From an uncultured Nitrospiraceae bacterium (GTDB taxonomy: Bacteria > Nitrospirota > Thermodesulfovibrionia > Thermodesulfovibrionales > Dissulfurispiraceae), in contig CAVPIW010000011.1 of NCBI GenBank assembly GCA_963705105.1, positions 1 through 64,000 of the forward strand: a DNA stretch of 64,000 nucleotides. Direction: 5' to 3'. The position numbers and the translations under genes were made by a program. The notes beneath the pieces were generated by a model. It searched no databases. It had not been told where the DNA came from and saw only the letters and a program-made list of their open reading frames with translations. Positions within the stretch are counted from its first letter, which is position 1; each line of letters begins with the position of its first letter. Positions 47,442 through 55,855 of the stretch are shown here, piece by piece.

Positions 47442-49616
47442 ATGAAAAGGAAGGCAGTTGCATTTTTTTCGCTTGCCGTTCTCGTTATCGTCTCGGTATC
47501 GCTCACTGATGCGTTGTCTCAACAGCCTGTCCCCGCTGTCAGGATAAACGATATGAGTGGCTCCATTCAGTTGGCTCAGCCCAACACATTCAAACTATCG
47601 TTGTCGCTCAACAGCGGCGAAAATACCGGGAATGCGGACTGGTGGCTTGCGGCAGCCACACCGGCCGGCATTTATTTTCTGTCTCCTGCCGGCTGGACAC
47701 CCACCGTAGCCCCGGTTTATCAAGGGCCTCTCCTGAACATTCCGCCTCTCACGTTGTTTGATTTTCCGGTTACGGGGCTTCCGCCGTCAACATTCGCTTT
47801 TTACTTTGGCATTGATACGGAAATGGACGGGGCTATTACGGGGGATAGGCTCTTCTTCGACTGGGCGGAGGTATCATTTGCCGACAGTCCTCAGCCGGTT
47901 CAAGGTGCTGCAAAGGTCACCGTACCCGTCCTCATGTACTATTTGGAGCGTTACTTCACCCAAGCTGCCGGGCCAACCGACCACGACAAGGCAATTGCGT
48001 CGGTTCTCGACAACTCCCCACAGAACAGGACATATTTTCGATCACTTCTCGATGCGTATAGAGCAATTCCATCTGGGATGAAAATCCTGGTCTTTGACCA
48101 GTCAACACTTCAGATTACGGCAAATGTGACTGCACCGCTCGATCTCAGTTCTGTCAGGCAGAGGATTGCATTCTACGATTCCGAACTCATGAGGAACAGA
48201 CCGGATGCCCCAACGGGCCTCGCGGCTAAAAACGCATCCGTCCCGCCTGATCCTGATACTCCCGGCAGCGACAAATTTCAGGTCGAGCTGAAATGGGTCG
48301 ACAACTCAGCGGATGAGGACGGGTTCGTCGTCTATCGTGCGAAGCAAGACGCCCTTACCAACAAGTTGACTATCGTATCAAGCCAGAAGGTTGCACCTGG
48401 TGTCATGACGTTTATTGATAAGCTTGCACAACCATCAAATATTGACGACCAATACTGCTATCAAGTCACCGCTTTCAGGCAGGTCGGCCAAAAATCAATA
48501 GAGTCTGACCTTTCCAATGTTGCCTGCTCATACTATCACTGGGTCAAGCTGCCGCAGCCGCCTGACGCCGATAAGGACGGTTTTTCGGACTCCTATGACA
48601 AGTGCCCTTTCGAAACAGGCATCAATCTCTTTGGTGCAGAGGGATGCCCTGACCTTGACGCTGATGGAGTAGCGGACAAGGACGATTCCTGCCCAATCAC
48701 ATGGGGAGAGGGCTCTGACGGGTGCCCCCTCAGGTACAATATCCGATGGATGGGCATGAAGGTTTTGAACAACTCCGGGACGGTGGCGTATTACCCCTAT
48801 CAAGTGATAGATGCAGAAGGAAAAGTCTTGTACGACATGGACTCTGATGATGAAGAGCCTTACCTGCTTTTTACGTCAATAAATGGCATGACGCAGGGGG
48901 GTATGGCTCAACACTGGGTTGCGAATTGGTGTTGCGGAGAGAAGGTGAATGTGAAAAAGGGAGATGACTTTGAGCCTGACAATGACATAAGCGGTGAAGA
49001 AACGTATAACACATCCCCTCTGCTGCAGGATCTTCTGAATCACGGACACACGGTATTCCCGGAGTTTCAAAAACAATTTGCCGAAATCGACAAGAAATTT
49101 GGCCTTGCCATGACAGTCTCCCTGAGAGAGCACGACGGTTTACAAACAGTGACGCTCGATGAGGCGGATAAGCTCGGTGACGCCGTCAAACTCGGCGGCG
49201 TGGTCGCTGGCGCAGTTTCAACATGTGTGGGCACCGGCGGCTTTGGCTGTCTGGCTGCTATAGGGAAAGCCATAAAAGACTTCGTCGATACGATATTTGG
49301 TTGGATGCAGCCTTCACAAACGGTGACGATAGACAATCCCGAAGACCACATGGGAAGCGTTTCCTGGGTCTTGGACCGTTCTGACGCTGCATATAAAACG
49401 AGTACGAACGGCACCTATGGATTCTCCTTCGACGTGCCGAAACAATATACCGCCGGGTGTCTCTATATCCCGTGCAGCGTCGCAAACAGCGTACCCTGGA
49501 CCATGCGTGCCAGAGTCTATTTTTGCCTCTATCGGGAAGGCATACAGGAGAAAGACCTGAAAAGCCTCTGCGGCAACCTGACGAGTTATGCGAACGAGAA
49601 TCCTAACGTGCAATAA
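47442..49616 (+). CDS. Secreted protein with FN3-like and thrombospondin type-3-like repeats
   Basis: Signal peptide, ADWWLAAATP domain, LKWVDNSADEDGFVVYR...YCYQVTAF (FN3-like), DADKDGFSDSYDKCP and DLDADGVADKDDSCP. Confidence 0.8.
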   Translation: MKRKAVAFFSLAVLVIVSVSLTDALSQQPVPAVRINDMSGSIQLAQPNTFKLSLSLNSGENTGNADWWLAAATPAGIYFLSPAGWTPTVAPVYQGPLLNIPPLTLFDFPVTGLPPSTFAFYFGIDTEMDGAITGDRLFFDWAEVSFADSPQPVQGAAKVTVPVLMYYLERYFTQAAGPTDHDKAIASVLDNSPQNRTYFRSLLDAYRAIPSGMKILVFDQSTLQITANVTAPLDLSSVRQRIAFYDSELMRNRPDAPTGLAAKNASVPPDPDTPGSDKFQVELKWVDNSADEDGFVVYRAKQDALTNKLTIVSSQKVAPGVMTFIDKLAQPSNIDDQYCYQVTAFRQVGQKSIESDLSNVACSYYHWVKLPQPPDADKDGFSDSYDKCPFETGINLFGAEGCPDLDADGVADKDDSCPITWGEGSDGCPLRYNIRWMGMKVLNNSGTVAYYPYQVIDAEGKVLYDMDSDDEEPYLLFTSINGMTQGGMAQHWVANWCCGEKVNVKKGDDFEPDNDISGEETYNTSPLLQDLLNHGHTVFPEFQKQFAEIDKKFGLAMTVSLREHDGLQTVTLDEADKLGDAVKLGGVVAGAVSTCVGTGGFGCLAAIGKAIKDFVDTIFGWMQPSQTVTIDNPEDHMGSVSWVLDRSDAAYKTSTNGTYGFSFDVPKQYTAGCLYIPCSVANSVPWTMRARVYFCLYREGIQEKDLKSLCGNLTSYANENPNVQ

Positions 49617-49813
49617 CCCTGCAGTTGCATGAAAAGGCGGGGGGAAGCGCTCTGAAAAAAAAGTGTCAGTGGCAGTGTGAGTGTCAGCAAAAAGCTCCTT
49701 TTTCAGACATTGGCTTAAAGTATTGTCTTCCGTCTCGATACAGGTGTCGCCGCAGCATGGTTTTCGGCGTATACACCCCGCCTTTCCGGAAAGCGTATGC
49801 AACGATACGGTGA
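49614..49813 (-). repeat. Complete element B, minus orientation; terminal TA is the TAA stop of the upstream gene
   Basis: taaccctgcagttgcatgaaaaggcgggg...ggcgtatacaccccgcctttccggaaagcgtatgcaacgatacggtga. Confidence 0.9.
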
Positions 49814-49842
49814 ACCTTCACCAGCAGACAGGAGAACTAAAG

Positions 49843-51555
49843 ATGATCGGAAAAATCGTATTCTTTGTCCTTACATTATCTCTGGCATCAGGAGCCGCCT
49901 TTGCAGCGCCCGGCGATCTCGACCCGACCTTCAATGCGCCGACAGGATTCCTTTTTTACGAGCCTGGCTTATCAGTCAGCGGGGTCGCCGTTCAGGAGGA
50001 CGGACGGATGGTTGTCGCCGGGATGTCATCCAACGGTATGAATGAAGATATGCTGGTCTTCAGGTACCTTGAGAACGGTCTCTTCGATCCCTCTTTCGGC
50101 AACAACGGCATCGTCACCTTTGACGGTCCTGCCGGGTACATCGACCGCGCCAATACCGTCGCAATGCAGCCCGACGGCAAGATCGTCGTCGCCGGCAGCA
50201 GCCACGGCGGACCGAGTCAGTTCGATGCGGTGATCCTTCGCCTGACCCGGAGCGGCATTCCCGATCCCGACTTCGGGGGCGGAGACGGGCTCGCCGTGTT
50301 CAATACCGCCGGAAACGGCAATGAATACGCGAATGATCTGCTGGTGCAGCCGGACGGGAAGATCGTCGTCGTCGGCAAGATCGTCAACAGTACGGACAGC
50401 GACGTCCTCATCCTCCGCTATAACAGCAACGGGACCCTTGACTCGGCCTTCGGAATGAACGGTGTCGCGACGTACAATCACGGTACGAATACCGATGAGG
50501 AGGCATACAGCGCAGCCCTTCAGCCCGACGGGAAGATCGTCGTCACGGGATACACGAAGGACGGCCCGGACACGGAAATCATCCTCGTCCTGCGTTTCAA
50601 CGGCAACGGCACGCTTGACAACAACTTCGGCGGAGGGGACGGCATCGTCACATATTCCAGTGCCGTACCCGGTCCTGACATGGGCTTTGCTGTCGCCCTT
50701 CAGAGAGACGGGAAGATCGTCGTCGGAGGAGTACTCGATCTGACCGATTTCCTCGTCATGCGTTTCAACGCCAACGGTACCGTCGATGCGGGCTTCGGCA
50801 CGAACGGTGTCGTCACCTTTTCAGGACCCCTATCAGGATTGAACAAGGCCATAAGCATTGCCATCCAACCTGACGGGAAGATCGTCGTCGGCGGTTCGGC
50901 CCAGTACGAAGCGCCGGATCTCGTCGTGCTCCGTTATACCGAAAGCGGCAGTCTCGACGATACCTTCGCCGAAGGGGGAGTCTTCAGGTACAACGGTCCT
51001 GCGAGGATATACGCCGACGAGGCCTCGGCGGTCGCCATAGGCCCCGACGGAAAAATCGTCGTCGCAGGAAATATCGGCAGCGTAACGGGCAACGACATTA
51101 TCACCATGAGGCTGGTCGGACAGGAGCGGCTCATGGTGCCTGTCGCGGAGACGGTCATATCCTATCCTCAGGTCGTCCAGTCTTATGTCAGCGTCGACCC
51201 CCTCCTGTCGAAGCCCGTCGGCCTCGGCCCTGTCGCTGCGGGGAATCCCGTCCTGGACCTTCAGGTCGGTCTGCACAGCCTGTCCGGACCCGTCGACGTC
51301 TACCTCGCCATCCATGCGCCCGTCCTCGATCCGAACACCTTCTTCATCATCAAACCGGACAACTCCGTCCAGCCCCACAGGGAGGGAATCGTCCCCTGGA
51401 GGTCGGCGACGGAAGGGCCCCTGTCCTTGAGCCTCTACGGACCGGTTCCCATAGAGGGGCTCGCCGCGGGCACATATTATTTTTACGCCGTTGTGTTGCC
51501 CCACGGCGCTCCGGGTGGCTATTACCTCTGGCAAACCTCGTTCACCGTCCCCTGA
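49843..51555 (+). CDS. Secreted delta-60 repeat protein with shared C-terminal domain (paralogue of 45381)
   Basis: Signal peptide, APGDLDPTFNAP, QPDGKIVV repeats, C-terminal YYLWQTSFTVP. Confidence 0.88.
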   Translation: MIGKIVFFVLTLSLASGAAFAAPGDLDPTFNAPTGFLFYEPGLSVSGVAVQEDGRMVVAGMSSNGMNEDMLVFRYLENGLFDPSFGNNGIVTFDGPAGYIDRANTVAMQPDGKIVVAGSSHGGPSQFDAVILRLTRSGIPDPDFGGGDGLAVFNTAGNGNEYANDLLVQPDGKIVVVGKIVNSTDSDVLILRYNSNGTLDSAFGMNGVATYNHGTNTDEEAYSAALQPDGKIVVTGYTKDGPDTEIILVLRFNGNGTLDNNFGGGDGIVTYSSAVPGPDMGFAVALQRDGKIVVGGVLDLTDFLVMRFNANGTVDAGFGTNGVVTFSGPLSGLNKAISIAIQPDGKIVVGGSAQYEAPDLVVLRYTESGSLDDTFAEGGVFRYNGPARIYADEASAVAIGPDGKIVVAGNIGSVTGNDIITMRLVGQERLMVPVAETVISYPQVVQSYVSVDPLLSKPVGLGPVAAGNPVLDLQVGLHSLSGPVDVYLAIHAPVLDPNTFFIIKPDNSVQPHREGIVPWRSATEGPLSLSLYGPVPIEGLAAGTYYFYAVVLPHGAPGGYYLWQTSFTVP

Positions 51556-51603
51556 ATTCCTGTGAACTGTCTCAAAAGGGTATTCACAGAAACCCCTCTC
51601 CCC

Positions 51604-51639
51604 TCATGCCCTGTTCTCGTGTCACATTATTTTTGGACA
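51604..51639 (-). repeat. Remnant of the element D left end
   Basis: Reverse complement tgtccaaaaataatgtgacacgagaacagggcatga versus tgtccaaaataacgtggcacgaggatagggtatga at 18151. Confidence 0.6.
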
Positions 51640-51671
51640 GCAGTGTGCCACGGTAGTCTGAGGAGAACACA

Positions 51672-52400
51672 GTGATCGCCGATGAACTCGTCGATGAGAT
51701 TATCGAGGCACATGGCGGGCGGGCTTTATGGAACAGCATAGAGACCGTAGAGGCGGTTATCTCTGCCCGGGGCTTCCTCTTCACAGCCAAGCGGAGGCCG
51801 GTCCTGGACCGCGTCAGGGTCACCGCAAATGCGCAAGAGCCGCGCCTCGTCTTTCACGACTTTCCCTCGCCCGGCTCGACGGCGGAGCTCGTGGGGAACA
51901 AAGAGGTGCGGATCACCGGACGGGAAGGGAGGCTTGTCTGGAAGCGACTCAACCCCCGGCAGGCATTCAAGAGACTGAGACATATCATCTGGTGGGATGA
52001 CCTCGATTTCGTCTATTTCGGGGGGTATGCCCTGTGGAATTATCTCACCACACCCTTTCTCTTTGTCCGCGAAGGCTTTCAATTCGCGGTCCCTGATTTC
52101 TCCGGCGACGGCCCGTCGTCATGGACAAGACTGCTTGTCACCTTCCCGGACGGGATTCCGACCCATTGCAAAAGGCAGATATTCCACGTTGACGAGAACC
52201 GGTATATCCGTCGTCTCGACTATACGGCCGAGGTGGTCGCAGGCTGGGCGAGGGCGGCCCATGTCTGTGAACTATACCAGGACTTTAAGGGATACAAGGC
52301 ACCCACGCGGAGGCGGATCCTCCCGATGCCATGGGGAAATATGCCGCTGCCCGGCCCGGTCCTCGTCGCAATAGACATTCACGACATCCGAACCCTCTGA
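51672..52400 (+). CDS. Conserved hypothetical protein
   Basis: RBS gaggag, 242-aa ORF (IIEAHGG..LW, WDDLDFVYFGGYALWNYLTTPF). Confidence 0.75.
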   Translation: MIADELVDEIIEAHGGRALWNSIETVEAVISARGFLFTAKRRPVLDRVRVTANAQEPRLVFHDFPSPGSTAELVGNKEVRITGREGRLVWKRLNPRQAFKRLRHIIWWDDLDFVYFGGYALWNYLTTPFLFVREGFQFAVPDFSGDGPSSWTRLLVTFPDGIPTHCKRQIFHVDENRYIRRLDYTAEVVAGWARAAHVCELYQDFKGYKAPTRRRILPMPWGNMPLPGPVLVAIDIHDIRTL

Positions 52401-52441
52401 GCTTCGTCCGCAGGGGACGGCGAATAAGCTATAATGGTGTC

Positions 52442-53722
52442 ATGGAGGATCTCTTTACCGGAAGAAGCGTGCTCACCCTCTCCGAGTTGAACGGACTCAT
52501 CCGTTCGGTCCTCGGCGATGCCTTTCCCGATTCATACTGGATCATTGCAGAAATCGCCGATGTCCGCAGCAATCAGCGGGGCCACTGCTATCTCGAGCTC
52601 GTCCAGAAGGAGGGCCCGCAGACTGTCGCCCAGATGAGGGCCACGATCTGGGCATACGAGTACCGGCGCATCGGCGCGAAGTTCGCCCAAGTGACGGGGG
52701 AGCGGCCAAAACCGGGGATGAAGGCGCTCCTTCTCGTCACGGTGAATTTCCACGAAGTCTACGGCATGAGCCTCAATGTCCGGGATATCGATCCCTCCTA
52801 CACCCTCGGGGAGATGGCCCGGAAGAAACAGGAGATCATCGCGCGTCTCAGGGCGGAGGGCCTCATCGACCTCAACAAGGGCCTGGACCTCCCCCTCGTC
52901 CCGCAGCGCATCGCCGTCATATCTTCGCCCACTGCTGCGGGGTACGGGGACTTCTTCCATCAACTCGACGGGAACGTCTATGGTTACCGTTTCATCCACA
53001 TCCTTTTTCCTGCGGTCATGCAGGGCCAGGAGGCGGAGGTGTCGATCCTCGGGGCCCTCGAACGGATCAGGGCCGTACGGCATCTCTACGACATCGTCGC
53101 GATCATCCGCGGGGGAGGCTCCGTCGTCGACCTGAGCTGCTTCGACAGCTACGACCTCGGAGCGGCGGTCGCGCGGTTTCCCCTGCCTGTGGTCACCGGC
53201 ATCGGCCATGAGCGGGATGAGACGGTCGTGGATGCCGTCGCCCACACGAGGATGAAAACACCCACGGCCGTCGCCGAGTTCTTCCTTTCGGGCATGCGGG
53301 GCTTCGAGGAACAGGTCATCGCGCTCCTGAACAGGCTCAGGAGCTCCGTCGGGCATGCCGTTAAGGATGAGCGTCACCGGCTCCGGGACCTGGTCCACAG
53401 GCTCAGATATGCCCCGTCCCAGGCCGCGGTCTCATCACGAGCGCATCTGTCCCGGATGCGGGCAAACCTGAAGTCCGCCGTCCTGCGGATCATCGATCGC
53501 GAGACGAACAGGCTGGCACGCATGGAGCAGGCGGCGCGTCATCTCGATCCGTCCAACGTCCTGAGGAGGGGGTACAGCATCACCCGCGTCGGGGGAAAAG
53601 TCATAAGGGATCTGTCCGGGCTCCGCAAGGGCTCCTCCATCGAGACGGAGCTTCACTGCGGATCCGTTGTCAGCACCGTCGAAAGCGTGCAGTTGGAGGG
53701 AAAAGCGGCGCCTATGCGATGA
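52442..53722 (+). CDS. xseA: Exodeoxyribonuclease VII large subunit
   Basis: GHCYLEL OB-fold, RIAVISSPTAAG, IIRGGGS, TGIGHERD, TPTAVAE, LRRGYSI. Confidence 0.93.
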   Translation: MEDLFTGRSVLTLSELNGLIRSVLGDAFPDSYWIIAEIADVRSNQRGHCYLELVQKEGPQTVAQMRATIWAYEYRRIGAKFAQVTGERPKPGMKALLLVTVNFHEVYGMSLNVRDIDPSYTLGEMARKKQEIIARLRAEGLIDLNKGLDLPLVPQRIAVISSPTAAGYGDFFHQLDGNVYGYRFIHILFPAVMQGQEAEVSILGALERIRAVRHLYDIVAIIRGGGSVVDLSCFDSYDLGAAVARFPLPVVTGIGHERDETVVDAVAHTRMKTPTAVAEFFLSGMRGFEEQVIALLNRLRSSVGHAVKDERHRLRDLVHRLRYAPSQAAVSSRAHLSRMRANLKSAVLRIIDRETNRLARMEQAARHLDPSNVLRRGYSITRVGGKVIRDLSGLRKGSSIETELHCGSVVSTVESVQLEGKAAPMR

Positions 53723-53923
53723 TGTCATTTCCGGAAAGGCGGGGGGAATGCGCCGACAAGCCTCGGTGCTGCGAAACCTTTGTCTTCCCGCGAAGATCAT
53801 CTCAGGTCGATGGTCGATGACATAAAGGATGAAGTCCTGATACACCAATAATAACCGATCATGCTCGCTATCAGCGAGGCTCTGAGGCGCTTTGCCCCGC
53901 CTTTTCATGCAACGGCAAAGTTA
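53711..53923 (+). repeat. Complete element B between xseA and xseB
   Basis: ttccggaaaggcggggggaatgcgccg...ggcgctttgccccgccttttcatgcaacggcaaagtta; interior like 18199-18410. Confidence 0.9.
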
Positions 53924-53941
53924 AGGAGGAGGGAATAAAAC

Positions 53942-54184
53942 ATGGAAACTGAAAGTCAGGGGAGCTATCGGGAGGCTCTCACGGAACTGGAGGGCATCAT
54001 GGCTGAAATCGAAGCGGAAGATGTTGATCTCGATACGCTCACGGACCGTGTCAGACGGGCCGCTTCCCTGATCGGCCTGTGCCGGGGGAGACTGAGGAAT
54101 GCCGAGGAGGAACTTAAAAAAATGCTGGCCGAGATGGAGGAAACCCTTCCCGGAGACTCATTCCAGTCCCAGGGGAATGATTGA
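53942..54184 (+). CDS. xseB: Exodeoxyribonuclease VII small subunit
   Basis: SYREALTELEGI...DLDTL...AASLIGLCRGRL; follows xseA. Confidence 0.9.
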   Translation: METESQGSYREALTELEGIMAEIEAEDVDLDTLTDRVRRAASLIGLCRGRLRNAEEELKKMLAEMEETLPGDSFQSQGND

Positions 54185-54715
54185 ACGATAGAGTGACGTA
54201 AACCATTCCACCGCCTCGGGGTCCCTCTTCGCCATGGTCCAGACGTGCTCGCCCATGCCCATCTGTGCCAGCACGTACTTTCCGAACCCGAACTGGCCGA
54301 TCGCCGTATGGGCCGCTCCGAACTGACCGAGGCAAAAACTGAGCGCCAGGGCGAGTTGTCCGACCGAAAAAAAACCGAAGGCGGCCTGCCCGAGGGCGAA
54401 GACGAGCCCCACCGACACCTGGCCGACGGCGACGACACCTGCCGAGGCCTGTCCCACGGCGCAGATTCCCGCGGCAATCCTGCCGACGGCGAGGACACCC
54501 TTTGCGATCTTCCGTGATCCCGTTTCCGGGCAGATCCCGCTCGTGTAATGGATAAGAGGCAGCCCGAGGAACCTCTCATGGGACGTGAATTCGGCGAAGG
54601 ACATGCCGTTCGGATAGAGAAAACGTCGCCACTCACCGAGGCGGGTCCTCTCGATTTTATATTCCACCCGGCCGAGGAGCATGTTCATAGCCTTCTCACG
54701 TCTTTCTCCGTTCAT
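54158..54715 (-). CDS. Gly/Ala-rich membrane hypothetical protein
   Basis: FLGLPLIH...AKGVLAVG, repeated A[VI]GQ motifs; likely start MNGERREK. Confidence 0.7.
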   Translation of the reverse strand: MNGERREKAMNMLLGRVEYKIERTRLGEWRRFLYPNGMSFAEFTSHERFLGLPLIHYTSGICPETGSRKIAKGVLAVGRIAAGICAVGQASAGVVAVGQVSVGLVFALGQAAFGFFSVGQLALALSFCLGQFGAAHTAIGQFGFGKYVLAQMGMGEHVWTMAKRDPEAVEWFTSLYRSIIPLGLE

Positions 54716-54720
54716 GTTTT

Positions 54721-54917
54721 CACCTTCACAACAGGACTTCCGGAAAGGCGGGGCGTATGTGCCGAAAAGCCTCGGTGCTGCGAAACCTCTGCCTTCCCAT
54801 AAAGACCATTTCAGACCGACGATCGGAAAGAATGATCCTTTTACTGACACTCACACTGTCACTGACGCTGTTTTTCAGAGCGCTTTGCCCCGCCTTTTCA
54901 TGCAACGGGAAGTTTCA
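54721..54917 (+). repeat. Element B (same module combination as 21774)
   Basis: ttccggaaaggcggggcgtatgtgccg...actgacactcacactgtc...gcgctttgccccgccttttcatgcaac. Confidence 0.85.
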
Positions 54918-55089
54918 GCTCATGCTCCGGCAAAGGCTCCCGGAGTTCACGATGCGTAAACGCTTCATACCCTATAAACTCGTCGTCGGCATTCGGGCGG
55001 TACACCTTGATTTCCCGGAGGGAAAGGATTGTGTAGACCATTTCCGTCCCGTGACGGAGAAGGCGCCCTATGAATTGAACGATGCTCAT
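54898..55089 (-). CDS. Small hypothetical protein (63 aa); its stop lies inside element B
   Basis: ATG start, protein-like composition (VYRPNADDEFIGYEAF); weak RBS. Confidence 0.4.
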   Translation of the reverse strand: MSIVQFIGRLLRHGTEMVYTILSLREIKVYRPNADDEFIGYEAFTHRELREPLPEHELKLPVA

Positions 55090-55270
55090 GAGGTATGACC
55101 CCGTTTATCCTGCCCATTGAGAACCTGGTTTTTACTTCGTTATCGGCCGGAAGCGCCTGCTGCTGAAGGACACGTCTGGCCTGATTGTTTCAGGGAGCGT
55201 TGCAAAGGGCGGGGCGAAAACAAGATGAGAAAGAAAAAATAGACATCATGAACCCGATTAACACGCTAAT

Positions 55271-55489
55271 TAACCTTTTCGTTGCAATACACTTCCGGGA
55301 AAGGCGGGGCGTATGCGCCGAAAACCTTGCTGCGGCGACACCATAACTCTCGCAGAAGACAACCTTTCAAACCAATGGTCGACCACACAAAGAGTGGAAT
55401 CCTGAAAGACAAACCTGACGAGGCTTATCGTCGCCTTCAGCAAGGCTTTGAGGCGTTTCGCCACGCCTTTCCATGCAACAGAAAGGTTA
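55271..55489 (+). repeat. Complete element B with clean TA...TA ends
   Basis: taaccttttcgttgcaat...ccatgcaacagaaaggtta. Confidence 0.9.
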
Positions 55490-55514
55490 ACAAAATGATT
55501 TGCTTCCCCGGTTT

Positions 55515-55610
55515 GTCATTCCGGCTCGACCGGAATCCCTCCTTGTTTTCAGAAGGATTGCCGACGCGCGGAGCCTGTCCCGGCTTGACCGGGGCTTGCG
55601 GCAATGACGT
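55515..55610 (+). repeat. Palindromic element E
   Basis: tgtcattccggctcgaccggaatcc...gcggcaatgac. Confidence 0.8.
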
Positions 55611-55667
55611 TGCTTTAGATTTTCATCGCCTGGTTGATAGTTGGAACAGGGCCACGGACACCCCGAC

Positions 55668-55784
55668 GGGGAGGCTGATGTGCCGTGTCTGTTGATGCCG
55701 AGAGACTGCCGGGCAACAGGCGCTGAACACCTGAAAATGTCTCATCATCGCATTGGAAAGGCTTTGAACCATATCTGCCTCCCC
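55668..55784 (+). repeat. Element A with an internal deletion
   Basis: ggggaggctgatgt joined to gccgtgtct...aaccatatctgcctcccc. Confidence 0.85.
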
Positions 55785-55855
55785 GGAGAAAGCGTCGCAA
55801 CCGACTGAACTTAGAGAAACCTCTTCTTGTCTTTTCATGAAACTGAAAAGCACGT

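Noticed and set aside
45381..51555. Diversity-generating retroelement acting on the paralogous surface proteins
   Set aside because: There is no reverse transcriptase and no near-identical template/variable repeat pair with adenine-specific differences; the paralogues are broadly diverged.
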